This document shows, in pieces, positions 18,380 through 26,872 of a stretch of DNA of 34,711 nucleotides (positions within the stretch are counted from its first letter, which is position 1; each line of letters opens with the position of its first letter). The stretch lies in NCBI GenBank assembly GCA_041173945.1, contig JBEDHS010000037.1, positions 1 to 34,711 of the forward strand. Direction: 5' to 3'. Made by a program: the position numbers and the translations under genes. The notes under the pieces are model-generated. The model made no database searches. It saw only the letters and a program-made list of their open reading frames with translations, and had not been told where the DNA came from. Source of the stretch: Actinomycetota bacterium. GTDB taxonomy: Bacteria; Actinomycetota; Acidimicrobiia; Acidimicrobiales; Ilumatobacteraceae.

Positions 18380-20131
18380 CTACATCAGTTCAAATCGTTG
18401 TTGCCATGCAGCATCGCTGACCATCTCGGGATACTTCTCGCGGTAGGCCTTCTTCAACGATTTATACGTACGCAACAATTGCCACGTGGTTGCGAAAACC
18501 TCTTTTTGAATACGTACAAATCTCTCCGGATCACGCTCACACATAAAACCTTCATCAAACCGAGGATGACGATACAGAATCCGATCATGGCGGATGGCTA
18601 ATCCGACTGCACGCAAATCAATCTGAGCAACACCAATTTTTTGTGTTCGCATAAATGACGGCATCCATCTTCCCCCGCCGAAAAATGGCGAGAACATAAA
18701 GCCGATAAGGCGAACAGACTTTCGTTTTGTGGGAGAAAATCCCAACTTCACGAGATCCTCCGACAAAGGTGAGGCTTTTTCTTCATTCACCTGACGCAGT
18801 TGATCATGTTTAGCAGCATGGTCAATCTTCATCCATTCATCGGGTCCAGCAAGAAAATCCTTCATTCCCCAAATCATGTATTCAGCACTGGCGTACCGGT
18901 GAGAATACGCATTGCGGAATCCGAATCCGAGATAACGCCACGCCAGATGCCAACGCGTGTGCTTATCAAACACCAACGTGTCAATAAGAGCAAAGTTACG
19001 CAATTCGTAGTACAGAGAGTTCGGATTGTTCTTTAGGGCAAAATCGGCGTGCCACACAGCAATTCCATGCAATGTCACCGTGTGTTTGCCTGTGTGCATC
19101 AATCCGAACGCCACGTCATCGCCGCGAACGAACACGGGAAGTGGATTGTCCTTGGCAATGTGCATGGGAAACACGGTGAACCACCACGCAGAGTAGGCCA
19201 TCTCAGGTTCAGGCTGATCGCGCAGAATCTCTTCACGTTGGCGAAGATCAACACCGCGTCCATATGCCCTCAACGGATACACCGAGCGAAACTCGTATTC
19301 CGACCCTGCCTCGAACTGCATCCAAGGAAACTCTTCGCTCATCATCGCGCCATGGACACACAAGTCCTCCGAGCGCGCAAAAGTCAACAACGAGATTGTG
19401 CGCAAAATTGATTCGGGCTCAAGCGAGATGTCATCGTCCATGAACACCACGTGCGTGCTCCACCCTGCATTGCGGAATTCAATCAACCCTCGAGCAAAGC
19501 CACCCGCTCCCCCCAGGTTGGGATTCGGTAAAACAGTGACAGGGGCACCATCGGGAATATTTGGCGCAAGATTTCGCGCATTATCCACGACAAGAACCTG
19601 CATATGACCCTTAACGCTTGAAATTGTGGATTCAATTTCAATCAACTTGTCGATAGTGGCCAGAACATATTCCTGGCGATTAAACGTGGTGATCGCAACT
19701 CCGAGATGAACATCACGCACGGGAGATGTGGAAGTTTGCCATTCGCCCGTACGCACGATCACGTTGTCAGCCAATGCTGTCACTGTGACATACATCGATT
19801 CACAATCGAGCACTGCAAGATTCGGACAACAGACGGAATTTTCCGTATCAGTGGAATCAATCACCGTGTCAACGCCAGCTGTATGTGCCACCAAATCAAT
19901 GCGGCACGACCCTTGCACATCCATAGAGGCCACAAGGTCAGTGATGGTACTGAGACGCTTCCATCGAGCGACCGAGAAAACACCAAACGCGGTATCAAAC
20001 GACACGCGGTCACCAATCGACAGACGCACACCCTCGTTTGTCAGTACTCCCCTGTCAGTTCGCACATACAGAGTCGGATCAGAAAACGTCGGCGATGGGA
20101 TCTGGATCCGAGCAAGGGGATGAAGACTCAC
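18380..20131 (-). CDS. glfT2: GlfT2-like galactofuranosyltransferase (GT-A fold, family 2-like)
   Basis: N-terminal VSFDTAFGVFSVARWKRL...DVQGSCRIDLV resembles the GlfT2 beta-sandwich domain. GT-A core ITTFNRQEYV...VVDNARN...FMDDDISLEP with a DDD motif. Starts 10 nt downstream of the glf stop, the same order I recall for Mycobacterium tuberculosis glf-glfT2. GTG start. Confidence 0.75.
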   Translation of the reverse strand: MSLHPLARIQIPSPTFSDPTLYVRTDRGVLTNEGVRLSIGDRVSFDTAFGVFSVARWKRLSTITDLVASMDVQGSCRIDLVAHTAGVDTVIDSTDTENSVCCPNLAVLDCESMYVTVTALADNVIVRTGEWQTSTSPVRDVHLGVAITTFNRQEYVLATIDKLIEIESTISSVKGHMQVLVVDNARNLAPNIPDGAPVTVLPNPNLGGAGGFARGLIEFRNAGWSTHVVFMDDDISLEPESILRTISLLTFARSEDLCVHGAMMSEEFPWMQFEAGSEYEFRSVYPLRAYGRGVDLRQREEILRDQPEPEMAYSAWWFTVFPMHIAKDNPLPVFVRGDDVAFGLMHTGKHTVTLHGIAVWHADFALKNNPNSLYYELRNFALIDTLVFDKHTRWHLAWRYLGFGFRNAYSHRYASAEYMIWGMKDFLAGPDEWMKIDHAAKHDQLRQVNEEKASPLSEDLVKLGFSPTKRKSVRLIGFMFSPFFGGGRWMPSFMRTQKIGVAQIDLRAVGLAIRHDRILYRHPRFDEGFMCERDPERFVRIQKEVFATTWQLLRTYKSLKKAYREKYPEMVSDAAWQQRFELM

Positions 20132-20141
20132 CTGTCTAGTT

Positions 20142-21290
20142 TCACAGGGGCTGGACCACCAACGGTGTCATTGGACGAGAGTCACGCCGGCAGGCAAGAA
20201 ATTCAGCCGCTACATCGAGGGCTTCTTTAATGGTCACGTCCATGTCGAGATAGCGATAGGTGCCAAGACGGCCCAAAAACGTGACGTTCTGGGCACGACG
20301 AGCTGCCTCGACATATTGCACCAGTTGCTCTTTTTCCTTCACCAGACGAATCGGGTAGTACGGAATGTCGCCGACTTCAGCCAAGCGGCTGTATTCGGTG
20401 TACAAGGTCGTGCCTTCATGGTGTTCCCATGGCGCGAAGTGCTTGTGCTCGGTGATGCGCGTATATGGAACATCGAGATCGCAATAATTCATTACCGGAC
20501 ACCCTTGAAAGTCACCATCTGCTTGGGACTCAACAAAGTCCAACGTGCGATAGCCCAGGCGACCGTATCTGTGGCCGAAATATTCATCGATTGGTCCGGA
20601 CCAAAACACATGCTCTGCAGTTGCGAGGTCAGCGGGTTGCAGAGTTTTATTCAATGTCACGTCGATTAGTGGATGATCCAACATCGCCTCGACAATCGGG
20701 GTGTACCCGTCACGTGGAATGGCTTGATACGGATGGTTGAAGTAACTGTCTTCGTAGGAAAACCGCACGGGAAGCCGCGCGAGAATTGAAGCCGGCAATT
20801 CCGTAGGCGACATTCCCCATTGTTTTTGTGTGTAGCCCTTAAAAAACGCTTCGTATAACTCTGGTCCCACAAATTTCAAGGCCTGGTCTTCAAATGTGAC
20901 GGGCGTACCGATGCTGGAATCTGCGCGAGCAGCAATGAACTCTTGTGCCTGTTGTGGCGACAAAGTCAAACCAAAAAACTGATTGATGGTGTGAAGATTC
21001 ACCGGCAACGAATACACGCTTCCTTGCGTCGTTGCTTTAACGCGATGGTTGTAACGCTCCATCGCACCGAACTTGTTGATGTAGTCCCACACGTGGGTGT
21101 GCTCGGTGTGAAATATGTGAGGTCCATACACATGCACCATGACACCGTTTTCACGACGTTCGGTGTGGGCATTTCCCGCCACATGCGATCGCCCATCAAC
21201 AACCCACGAGGCGATTCCTGCTTCAGCTAGTTCTCGCGCGACCACAGCACCGGAAAACCCGGCACCCACGATCACAATTGAGGCTGTCAT
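20142..21290 (-). CDS. glf: UDP-galactopyranose mutase
   Basis: IVIVGAGFSGAVVARELAE FAD fold, HVYGPHIFHT, YTQKQWG and YPIxxxxE-type motifs. 382 aa. Confidence 0.92.
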   Translation of the reverse strand: MTASIVIVGAGFSGAVVARELAEAGIASWVVDGRSHVAGNAHTERRENGVMVHVYGPHIFHTEHTHVWDYINKFGAMERYNHRVKATTQGSVYSLPVNLHTINQFFGLTLSPQQAQEFIAARADSSIGTPVTFEDQALKFVGPELYEAFFKGYTQKQWGMSPTELPASILARLPVRFSYEDSYFNHPYQAIPRDGYTPIVEAMLDHPLIDVTLNKTLQPADLATAEHVFWSGPIDEYFGHRYGRLGYRTLDFVESQADGDFQGCPVMNYCDLDVPYTRITEHKHFAPWEHHEGTTLYTEYSRLAEVGDIPYYPIRLVKEKEQLVQYVEAARRAQNVTFLGRLGTYRYLDMDVTIKEALDVAAEFLACRRDSRPMTPLVVQPL

Positions 21291-21301
21291 TCACTCCACG
21301 C

Positions 21302-21324
21302 TAGTGACTATGCACGAGTGACTA
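21302..21324. promoter_or_regulatory. tandem AGTGACTA motif (14-bp period) in the 38-bp gap upstream of glf
   Basis: ctAGTGACTAtgcacgAGTGACTAgg. The first copy is part of the 9-bp palindrome TAGTgACTA. Confidence 0.25.
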
Positions 21325-21328
21325 GGCA

Positions 21329-22495
21329 CTAATGAGAAAGCCACGGCGCGCACAGACCATCGAGATCTCGTACTTCGATTCGGTCTCTGTTTTCCCAAGT
21401 GACCTGATTGGTCGGGTCGGGACGCAATTTGAACACTCGGAACGACATTTCAGTGGTGTCGATGGTGAGAATACGACCAATAAGTGGGTCACCCAATTCA
21501 AGAATGATTTTGATGGTTTCAAGGGCCTGAATTGAACCCACAATGCCCGGCAACACCCCCAAAACACCTGCTTCGGCACATGACGGTGCAAGTTCGGCCG
21601 GAGGCGGCTCTGGCACCATGTCGCGATACGTCGGACCGAGTTTTGGATGAAAGACCGACACCATTCCTTCGAAACGGAAAATACTTCCGTGCACCACGGG
21701 AATTCCCAATTTCACACTTGCATCATTCAACAGATATCGCGAGGGGAAATTGTCTGCTCCATCGACGACAACGTCATAGCCCTCCATGATTTCCATGATG
21801 TTGCTGGCATCAAGGCGCGTGTCGTAGGTCTTCACCACGACATCGGGGTTCAACTTGGCAATTGTTTGTCGCGCAGATTCAACCTTGCGCTCACCCACTC
21901 GATCCATATTGTGCAAAATCTGTCGCTGCAAGTTCGACGCATCAACTTCGTCCATATCGACAATGCCAATTGTTCCCACGCCGGCCGCAGCCAAGTACAA
22001 AGCAGCCGGCGAACCAAGTCCGCCTGCACCCAGCATCAACACTTTGGCGCCCAACAATTTTGCTTGGCCTTCCACGCCCACTTCAGGCAGTAACAAATGT
22101 CGCTGATAACGATTTCGTTGATCGGGAGTCAACTGCACAGGTTGACGCCACTCACGTCCTTCGTCTTTCCACTTTCCGAACCCGCCAGCCATGGAAAACA
22201 CGTTGGTATAACCCAACTCTTGCAGCGTGCGCGCAGCAAATGCACTACGAACACCGCCCGCGCAGTACACCACAATTTTCTGATCACGATCGGTGGCTCG
22301 ACCTTCAATTTGTGCTTCAAGATGACCACGTGGAATATGCAAAACCTGCGGCAATGCACCTTGTTCGTACTCGTCTGGTTCGCGCACATCGAGAACCAAA
22401 ACCCCACCTGACTGAATCATGTCTTGAGCCTCTGCGGTCTCAATCTCGGTGATTTCAGATTTTGCTCGAGCCAACAGATCGCGGAATGAAGCCAT
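21329..22495 (-). CDS. rhodanese-ThiF/MoeB fusion (adenylyltransferase/sulfurtransferase, MoeZ-like but with an N-terminal rhodanese)
   Basis: N-terminal rhodanese domain: LDVREPDEYEQG...VVYCAGGVRS. Then a ThiF domain: YQRHLLLPEVGVEGQAKLLGAKVLMLGAGGLGSPAALYLAAAGVG...DASNLQRQILH...CAEAGVLG. The track start at 22501 is TTG, so I use the ATG at 22495 (MASFRD...). Confidence 0.85.
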   Translation of the reverse strand: MASFRDLLARAKSEITEIETAEAQDMIQSGGVLVLDVREPDEYEQGALPQVLHIPRGHLEAQIEGRATDRDQKIVVYCAGGVRSAFAARTLQELGYTNVFSMAGGFGKWKDEGREWRQPVQLTPDQRNRYQRHLLLPEVGVEGQAKLLGAKVLMLGAGGLGSPAALYLAAAGVGTIGIVDMDEVDASNLQRQILHNMDRVGERKVESARQTIAKLNPDVVVKTYDTRLDASNIMEIMEGYDVVVDGADNFPSRYLLNDASVKLGIPVVHGSIFRFEGMVSVFHPKLGPTYRDMVPEPPPAELAPSCAEAGVLGVLPGIVGSIQALETIKIILELGDPLIGRILTIDTTEMSFRVFKLRPDPTNQVTWENRDRIEVRDLDGLCAPWLSH

Positions 22496-22560
22496 GGGCA
22501 AAACCCTACCAACTAAGTCAGGAATTCAGCACCGCTAGGTGGGCCCAACATTGACAAAGG

Positions 22561-23349
22561 CTAGGACGTCTCTAGGCCCGCACGCCTGACGAGATCGGTC
22601 AGAATCGGGCTGATGGAGCCCCGCAGACACAGATGGGCGTATCTGTCGCGCTCGGTCGGGCCTCCATTGATGATCGCCACTCGCGATTGACTCGCACGTG
22701 CACGTTCCACCACGTAGGCAGCTGGCGTGACCGCCAGAGTGGAGCCAACCGCCAACAACACATCGCACTCCTCCGCCACTCGCATCGCGCGATCAATCAC
22801 TTCGGGAACAAGTGCTTGTTCAAACAAAATTGCATCACTTTTCACCACGCCCCCACAAAGTTCGCAATGTGGGTCCGGATCACCGGCTTTCACGCGTTCA
22901 ATAAAGTCGGCCATCGGTCGGCGGTCATCACAGCCCCAACACCGTGCGAATTTAATCGTCCCGTGCACTTCCACAACAAGATCGTCATCCAGCCCTGCAG
23001 CCTGATGAAGTCCGTCGACGTTTTGGGTGACGACAGCGTGCAACTTGTTTCCGCGATGAAGTGCCGTGACCGCGTAGTGCCCGGCATTGGGCTTCGCCGT
23101 GCCACCAAAAGTTCGTACGCGACCCTCCCATGCAACTTTTCTCACCTCTGGGTCATTCAAGTAGTAACTCAAGGTCGATGTTTTTTCAGCCAAAGGATTC
23201 TGTGTCCATAAACCATTAGGCCCACGAAAATCAGGAATTCCTGAATCGGTGGAAATACCTGCACCGGAAAATACGACGACACGTTCAGCCTCACGAATCC
23301 AGTTCGCCACTTCATTCAACTGTTCGACATCTGGCATCTGGTCATCCAT
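22561..23349 (-). CDS. cobB: NAD-dependent protein deacylase (Sir2/CobB sirtuin)
   Basis: FSGAGISTDSGIPDFRGPNGLW, QNVDGLH, and zinc-ribbon cysteines CWGC...CELCGG. Start at ATG 23349 (MDDQMPD...). Confidence 0.9.
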   Translation of the reverse strand: MDDQMPDVEQLNEVANWIREAERVVVFSGAGISTDSGIPDFRGPNGLWTQNPLAEKTSTLSYYLNDPEVRKVAWEGRVRTFGGTAKPNAGHYAVTALHRGNKLHAVVTQNVDGLHQAAGLDDDLVVEVHGTIKFARCWGCDDRRPMADFIERVKAGDPDPHCELCGGVVKSDAILFEQALVPEVIDRAMRVAEECDVLLAVGSTLAVTPAAYVVERARASQSRVAIINGGPTERDRYAHLCLRGSISPILTDLVRRAGLETS

Positions 23350-23396
23350 CACCCACCATTGTTGCCTCTTTGCACACATTGCGCCCAACTAGATGC

Positions 23397-23402
23397 AAGG
23401 AG
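23397..23402 (+). promoter_or_regulatory. Shine-Dalgarno (AAGGAG) for the 23407 ORF
   Basis: AAGGAG lies 4 nt upstream of the ATG at 23407. Confidence 0.5.
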
Positions 23403-23406
23403 AACC

Positions 23407-23862
23407 ATGAACCCACCACCGACCCACACAAGCGTGTCGGCATCGCACGATTCACTCATTCGCGTCATCCCATGGACAGACCCTGTTGTTGAAGCAACGG
23501 GATACCCCATCGATGACCCTTATGTCGAGATGTTTTGGCTCCCCATTTTGGGACCCACCGCCACATGGCTTGCGCGTCGGCTCGTGTCGGGTCTTGTTCA
23601 TTCAACAGATGTCAATGGCTACACCTGCGACATGACCGATCTGGCTAGTGCGCTTGGTGTGTCGTATACCCACGGTCGACACAGTCCTTTTGTACGCGCT
23701 CTCCAGCGGTGTGCGATGTTTGGCGTCAGTGAAAATATCGCCGTCGAGCCCATTCGCACCATCGCGGTGCGCACCATGTTGCCTCGCATCCCTCATCGTC
23801 ATCTCGCACGTTTACCTCATCAATTACGGATCGCTCATGAAGACTGGGTGATACCCCGTTAA
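23407..23862 (+). CDS. hypothetical protein, possible winged-helix fold
   Basis: 151 aa with a strong SD. DPYVEMFWLPILGPTATWLARRL...DLASALGVS...SPFVRALQRCAMFG looks like a DNA-binding HTH. I do not recognise a named family. Confidence 0.6.
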   Translation: MNPPPTHTSVSASHDSLIRVIPWTDPVVEATGYPIDDPYVEMFWLPILGPTATWLARRLVSGLVHSTDVNGYTCDMTDLASALGVSYTHGRHSPFVRALQRCAMFGVSENIAVEPIRTIAVRTMLPRIPHRHLARLPHQLRIAHEDWVIPR

Positions 23863-23871
23863 GTTTGCTCT

Positions 23872-24804
23872 ATGCAACTTCGAATCTTCACCGAACCACA
23901 ACAGGGCGCACGCTACGAACAACTTCTCCACGTCGCACAACGCGCCGAACAAACAGGTTTCGACGCATTTTTCCGCAGTGACCACTATCAAAAAATGGGA
24001 AGTCATGTCAGTGGCTTGCCAGGCCCAAGTGATGCATGGATCACACTCGCCGGTATCGCACGAGAGACATCGACCATTCGTCTCGGCACGCTCGTCAACT
24101 CGGCGACATTTAGACAACCAGGGCCACTGGCGATCAGCGTGGCAAATGTTGATGACATGTCAGGTGGTCGTGTGGAACTCGGTCTTGGTGCTGGCTGGTT
24201 TCTCGACGAACACCAGTCGTATGGAATTTCTTTTCCCCCACTGGGAGAACGCTTCGACATCTTGACTGAACAACTCGCGATTATCACTGGCTTATGGAAC
24301 ACTCCAGACAACGAGACGTTTAGCTTCACAGGGCGCCACTACACACTCACCAATTCGCCCGCTCTCCCAAAGCCTGTGCAGTCTCCTCCGCCCATCATCG
24401 TTGGCGGCGGTGGCCCACGTCGCACCCCGCGGCTAGCTGCCATGTATGCCGCTGAATTCAATTTGCCGTTCAACTCCATGGACAACTTTGTTCAACAACG
24501 AGATCGCGTCCGTTCAGCCTGTGACGAGATCGGCCGAGATCCAGATTCTCTTGTCTATTCCGTCGCCCAAGTGGTGTGTGTCGGCGCAAACGAACAACAG
24601 ATAGCCGAGCGTGCAGCCCGTATTGGTCGACAGGTCGATGAACTGCGACAAAATGGAATCTGTGGAACACCAAGTGAAGTGATTGAGAAAATTTCTTCGT
24701 GGACATCAACTGGCGCATCACGGATGTATCTACAAGTTCTCGATCTCGACGACCTCGATCACATCTCACTAATCGGTGAACATGTCCTGCCGCACGTGAA
24801 ATAG
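23872..24804 (+). CDS. LLM-class (luciferase-like) F420-dependent oxidoreductase
   Basis: MQLRIFTEPQQGARYEQLL...GFDAFFRSDHY...LGLGAGW. The N-terminus is typical of the actinobacterial F420-dependent LLM subfamily. Confidence 0.85.
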   Translation: MQLRIFTEPQQGARYEQLLHVAQRAEQTGFDAFFRSDHYQKMGSHVSGLPGPSDAWITLAGIARETSTIRLGTLVNSATFRQPGPLAISVANVDDMSGGRVELGLGAGWFLDEHQSYGISFPPLGERFDILTEQLAIITGLWNTPDNETFSFTGRHYTLTNSPALPKPVQSPPPIIVGGGGPRRTPRLAAMYAAEFNLPFNSMDNFVQQRDRVRSACDEIGRDPDSLVYSVAQVVCVGANEQQIAERAARIGRQVDELRQNGICGTPSEVIEKISSWTSTGASRMYLQVLDLDDLDHISLIGEHVLPHVK

Positions 24805-24810
24805 GTCGAA

Positions 24811-25635
24811 CTAAATAGTGTTGGTTGCGATTAACGCTGCAGTTGTTGCGGCAATCCCGATGCGATACCAACCAAATATCGCTAGCGATCGACTCCCCAG
24901 ATACGACACCATCCAGCGCACTGCAATAATTGCGGTCACACATGCAGTAGCAATTCCGACAAGCGGTGTCATCAACCCGAACATCTCGACCAACTGGTCG
25001 CCATGGCGCGCCGTGTCAAAAATGGTGGCTGCGCTCAAGGTGATGAGACCGAGAAGAAAACTAAATTCGATAGCTGCAGATAATGACAACCCGACTAACA
25101 GACCGGCGAGAAGAGTCACCAAACTTCGACTGACGCCGGGCCATAAAGCAATGACCTGGGCAACGCCAATAATCGCTGCCGACTTAAGTGGTATCTGGTG
25201 TAGCGCAATATTTCCTGAACGCGGTGTCCACGCAAGGAGCAACACTCCACCAACGAACCACGCGATAGTGATGGGCACTGGTCCGAATAATGCATCTTTA
25301 ATGGCATCTCCGAACACGACCCCCGCAAGCGCAGCGGGAAGAAATGCCACGCAGAGCGCCCCGACAACATGTCGACCATCATCATCACGACCTGCCACCC
25401 CTCGCAACATCGACACGACACGCGTTCGATACAACCCGAGCACCGCCAAAATTGCACCGAATTGAATGGCAATGGCATAGGTATCTGCGGCTTGTTGTGC
25501 ATCGCCTTCTGCAAAACCAATGAGATCTGACACCACGAGCAGATGACCGGTCGATGACACAGGGAGAAATTCGGTAATCCCCTCCACGATTCCCAAAAGA
25601 ATTGCTTCGGGCAACGATAAAAGACTTGCAAACAC
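24811..25635 (-). CDS. uppP: undecaprenyl-diphosphate phosphatase
   Basis: GIVEGITEFLPVSSTGHL and PGVSRS motifs. 274 aa, polytopic. GTG start. Confidence 0.92.
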   Translation of the reverse strand: MFASLLSLPEAILLGIVEGITEFLPVSSTGHLLVVSDLIGFAEGDAQQAADTYAIAIQFGAILAVLGLYRTRVVSMLRGVAGRDDDGRHVVGALCVAFLPAALAGVVFGDAIKDALFGPVPITIAWFVGGVLLLAWTPRSGNIALHQIPLKSAAIIGVAQVIALWPGVSRSLVTLLAGLLVGLSLSAAIEFSFLLGLITLSAATIFDTARHGDQLVEMFGLMTPLVGIATACVTAIIAVRWMVSYLGSRSLAIFGWYRIGIAATTAALIATNTI

Positions 25636-25758
25636 CGCGTCTAGTCTCCCACCTTTGACTACGCCACCACCGACATCTGACCACCAAACTCACACCTACT
25701 ACGGTGGCTGTGTGGACCGAATCGACCATTTTGATGACTTCATCGATGGGAAATTCTC

Positions 25759-26868
25759 GTGACCACAACACGAACGAACGCCGGCACGATCGCAGGCCTC
25801 GACGGAATGAGAGCAATTGCCGTTACCGTCGTCTTTGCGTCGCATTTTTCCATCGGGCTTCCCTGGTTGGATGAACAAAATTGGTACGGGCAGTTTCGCC
25901 GTGCCGGATTCTTAGGCGTCAACATGTTTTTTGTGCTGAGCGGTTTTCTCATCACCTACAAACTTCTCGAGACACGACACGCAAACGGCTCACTTGCGCT
26001 TCGGCGTTTTTATGTCAGTCGCACAGCCAGAATTTTTCCTGCAGTTCTCGTTTTTCTGGTGGCTCATTTTATTTACGCCGCGTTCTCTGATTACCCGCCG
26101 TTTGGTCGAATGCGCGACGAAGTCATCATGGTGGTGTCGACGATCTTTCAGTTTGCGAACTATGCAATTTTGTCGGACACCAATTTGCTTGAAGAAAACG
26201 GCGCTTTATGGTCACTGTCGGTTGAAGGACACTTTTACATCCTGTGGCCACTGTTCATCTTTGTGCTTTTCCGTGTCATCAAGAAAATTTCCGTGTCGAT
26301 GGCACTGCTGATTGCAATGGTGCCCGCGTTGTACCTGTGGCTCGCGTGGATTTTTAACACTCGGGGATATTTGTCTGCCTATCTGCGCACCGATGCACGA
26401 ATTGTCAGCCTCGTTGTCGGTGCCTTGGGTGCTGCTATGTGGCTTAAAACCAACTACGTGTCGCCAATGTTCATTCGTCTCCTTGCACTTCCTGCTCTCG
26501 TGACCATGGCAGGTGTTTACTCCATCGCCGATGGGTGGGAGCCCTTCATCTGGGATGGCGGAATGGCCCTGTTCGACATCGCCACACTCATCGTCATTGT
26601 CTCTCTTGCCATGGGTGTGTTCCCGGCCAGCGCGGTATTGACACACCCGTCAATGGAATGGATCGGCAAGATCTCATACGGTCTCTACATCTGGCAGATT
26701 CCCGTCCTCACACTTCTGCATCGACATGCTCCCGACATTTCCAGGCCAGTGACAGCGATCTTGGCGTTTGCACTCACCGTCTCCTGTGGTGCATTGTCCT
26801 ATTACTTCATCGAACAGCCAGTGCGGCGTTCGCAATGGGTTGCTCAACTTGGCGGACCATTGCGATGA
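25759..26868 (+). CDS. acyltransferase family 3 (membrane O-acyltransferase)
   Basis: LDGMRAIAVTVVFASHF, WSLSVEGHFYILWP and about 10 TM segments. GTG start. Confidence 0.8.
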   Translation: MTTTRTNAGTIAGLDGMRAIAVTVVFASHFSIGLPWLDEQNWYGQFRRAGFLGVNMFFVLSGFLITYKLLETRHANGSLALRRFYVSRTARIFPAVLVFLVAHFIYAAFSDYPPFGRMRDEVIMVVSTIFQFANYAILSDTNLLEENGALWSLSVEGHFYILWPLFIFVLFRVIKKISVSMALLIAMVPALYLWLAWIFNTRGYLSAYLRTDARIVSLVVGALGAAMWLKTNYVSPMFIRLLALPALVTMAGVYSIADGWEPFIWDGGMALFDIATLIVIVSLAMGVFPASAVLTHPSMEWIGKISYGLYIWQIPVLTLLHRHAPDISRPVTAILAFALTVSCGALSYYFIEQPVRRSQWVAQLGGPLR

Positions 26869-26872
26869 CACA

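Noticed and set aside
22551-22556. A perfect TTGACA -35-like hexamer on the plus strand between the rhodanese-ThiF gene and cobB.
   Set aside because: There is no plus-strand gene downstream, since both flanking genes are on the minus strand. It is probably a chance match.
22502-22575. Repeated CTAGG motifs and a GACGTC core around the cobB stop codon, considered as a possible terminator or operator.
   Set aside because: The repeats do not form a clean palindrome or a stem followed by a U-tract. They partly overlap coding sequence.
24818-25465. Long ORFs antisense to well-supported genes. Examples: 24818-25465(+) opposite uppP, 22633-23211(+) opposite cobB, 13664-14236(+) opposite ridA, 14505-15023(-) opposite the aldolase, 6427-6903(-) opposite accA, 2945-3358(-) and 3377-3763(-) opposite the GGDEF-EAL gene, and 27181-27591(+) and 32081-32482(+) opposite the CotH genes.
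   Set aside because: Their translations are low-complexity or Arg/Ser/Cys-rich with no recognisable family. Each lies entirely inside a gene with strong family-level motifs on the other strand. These are typical shadow ORFs.
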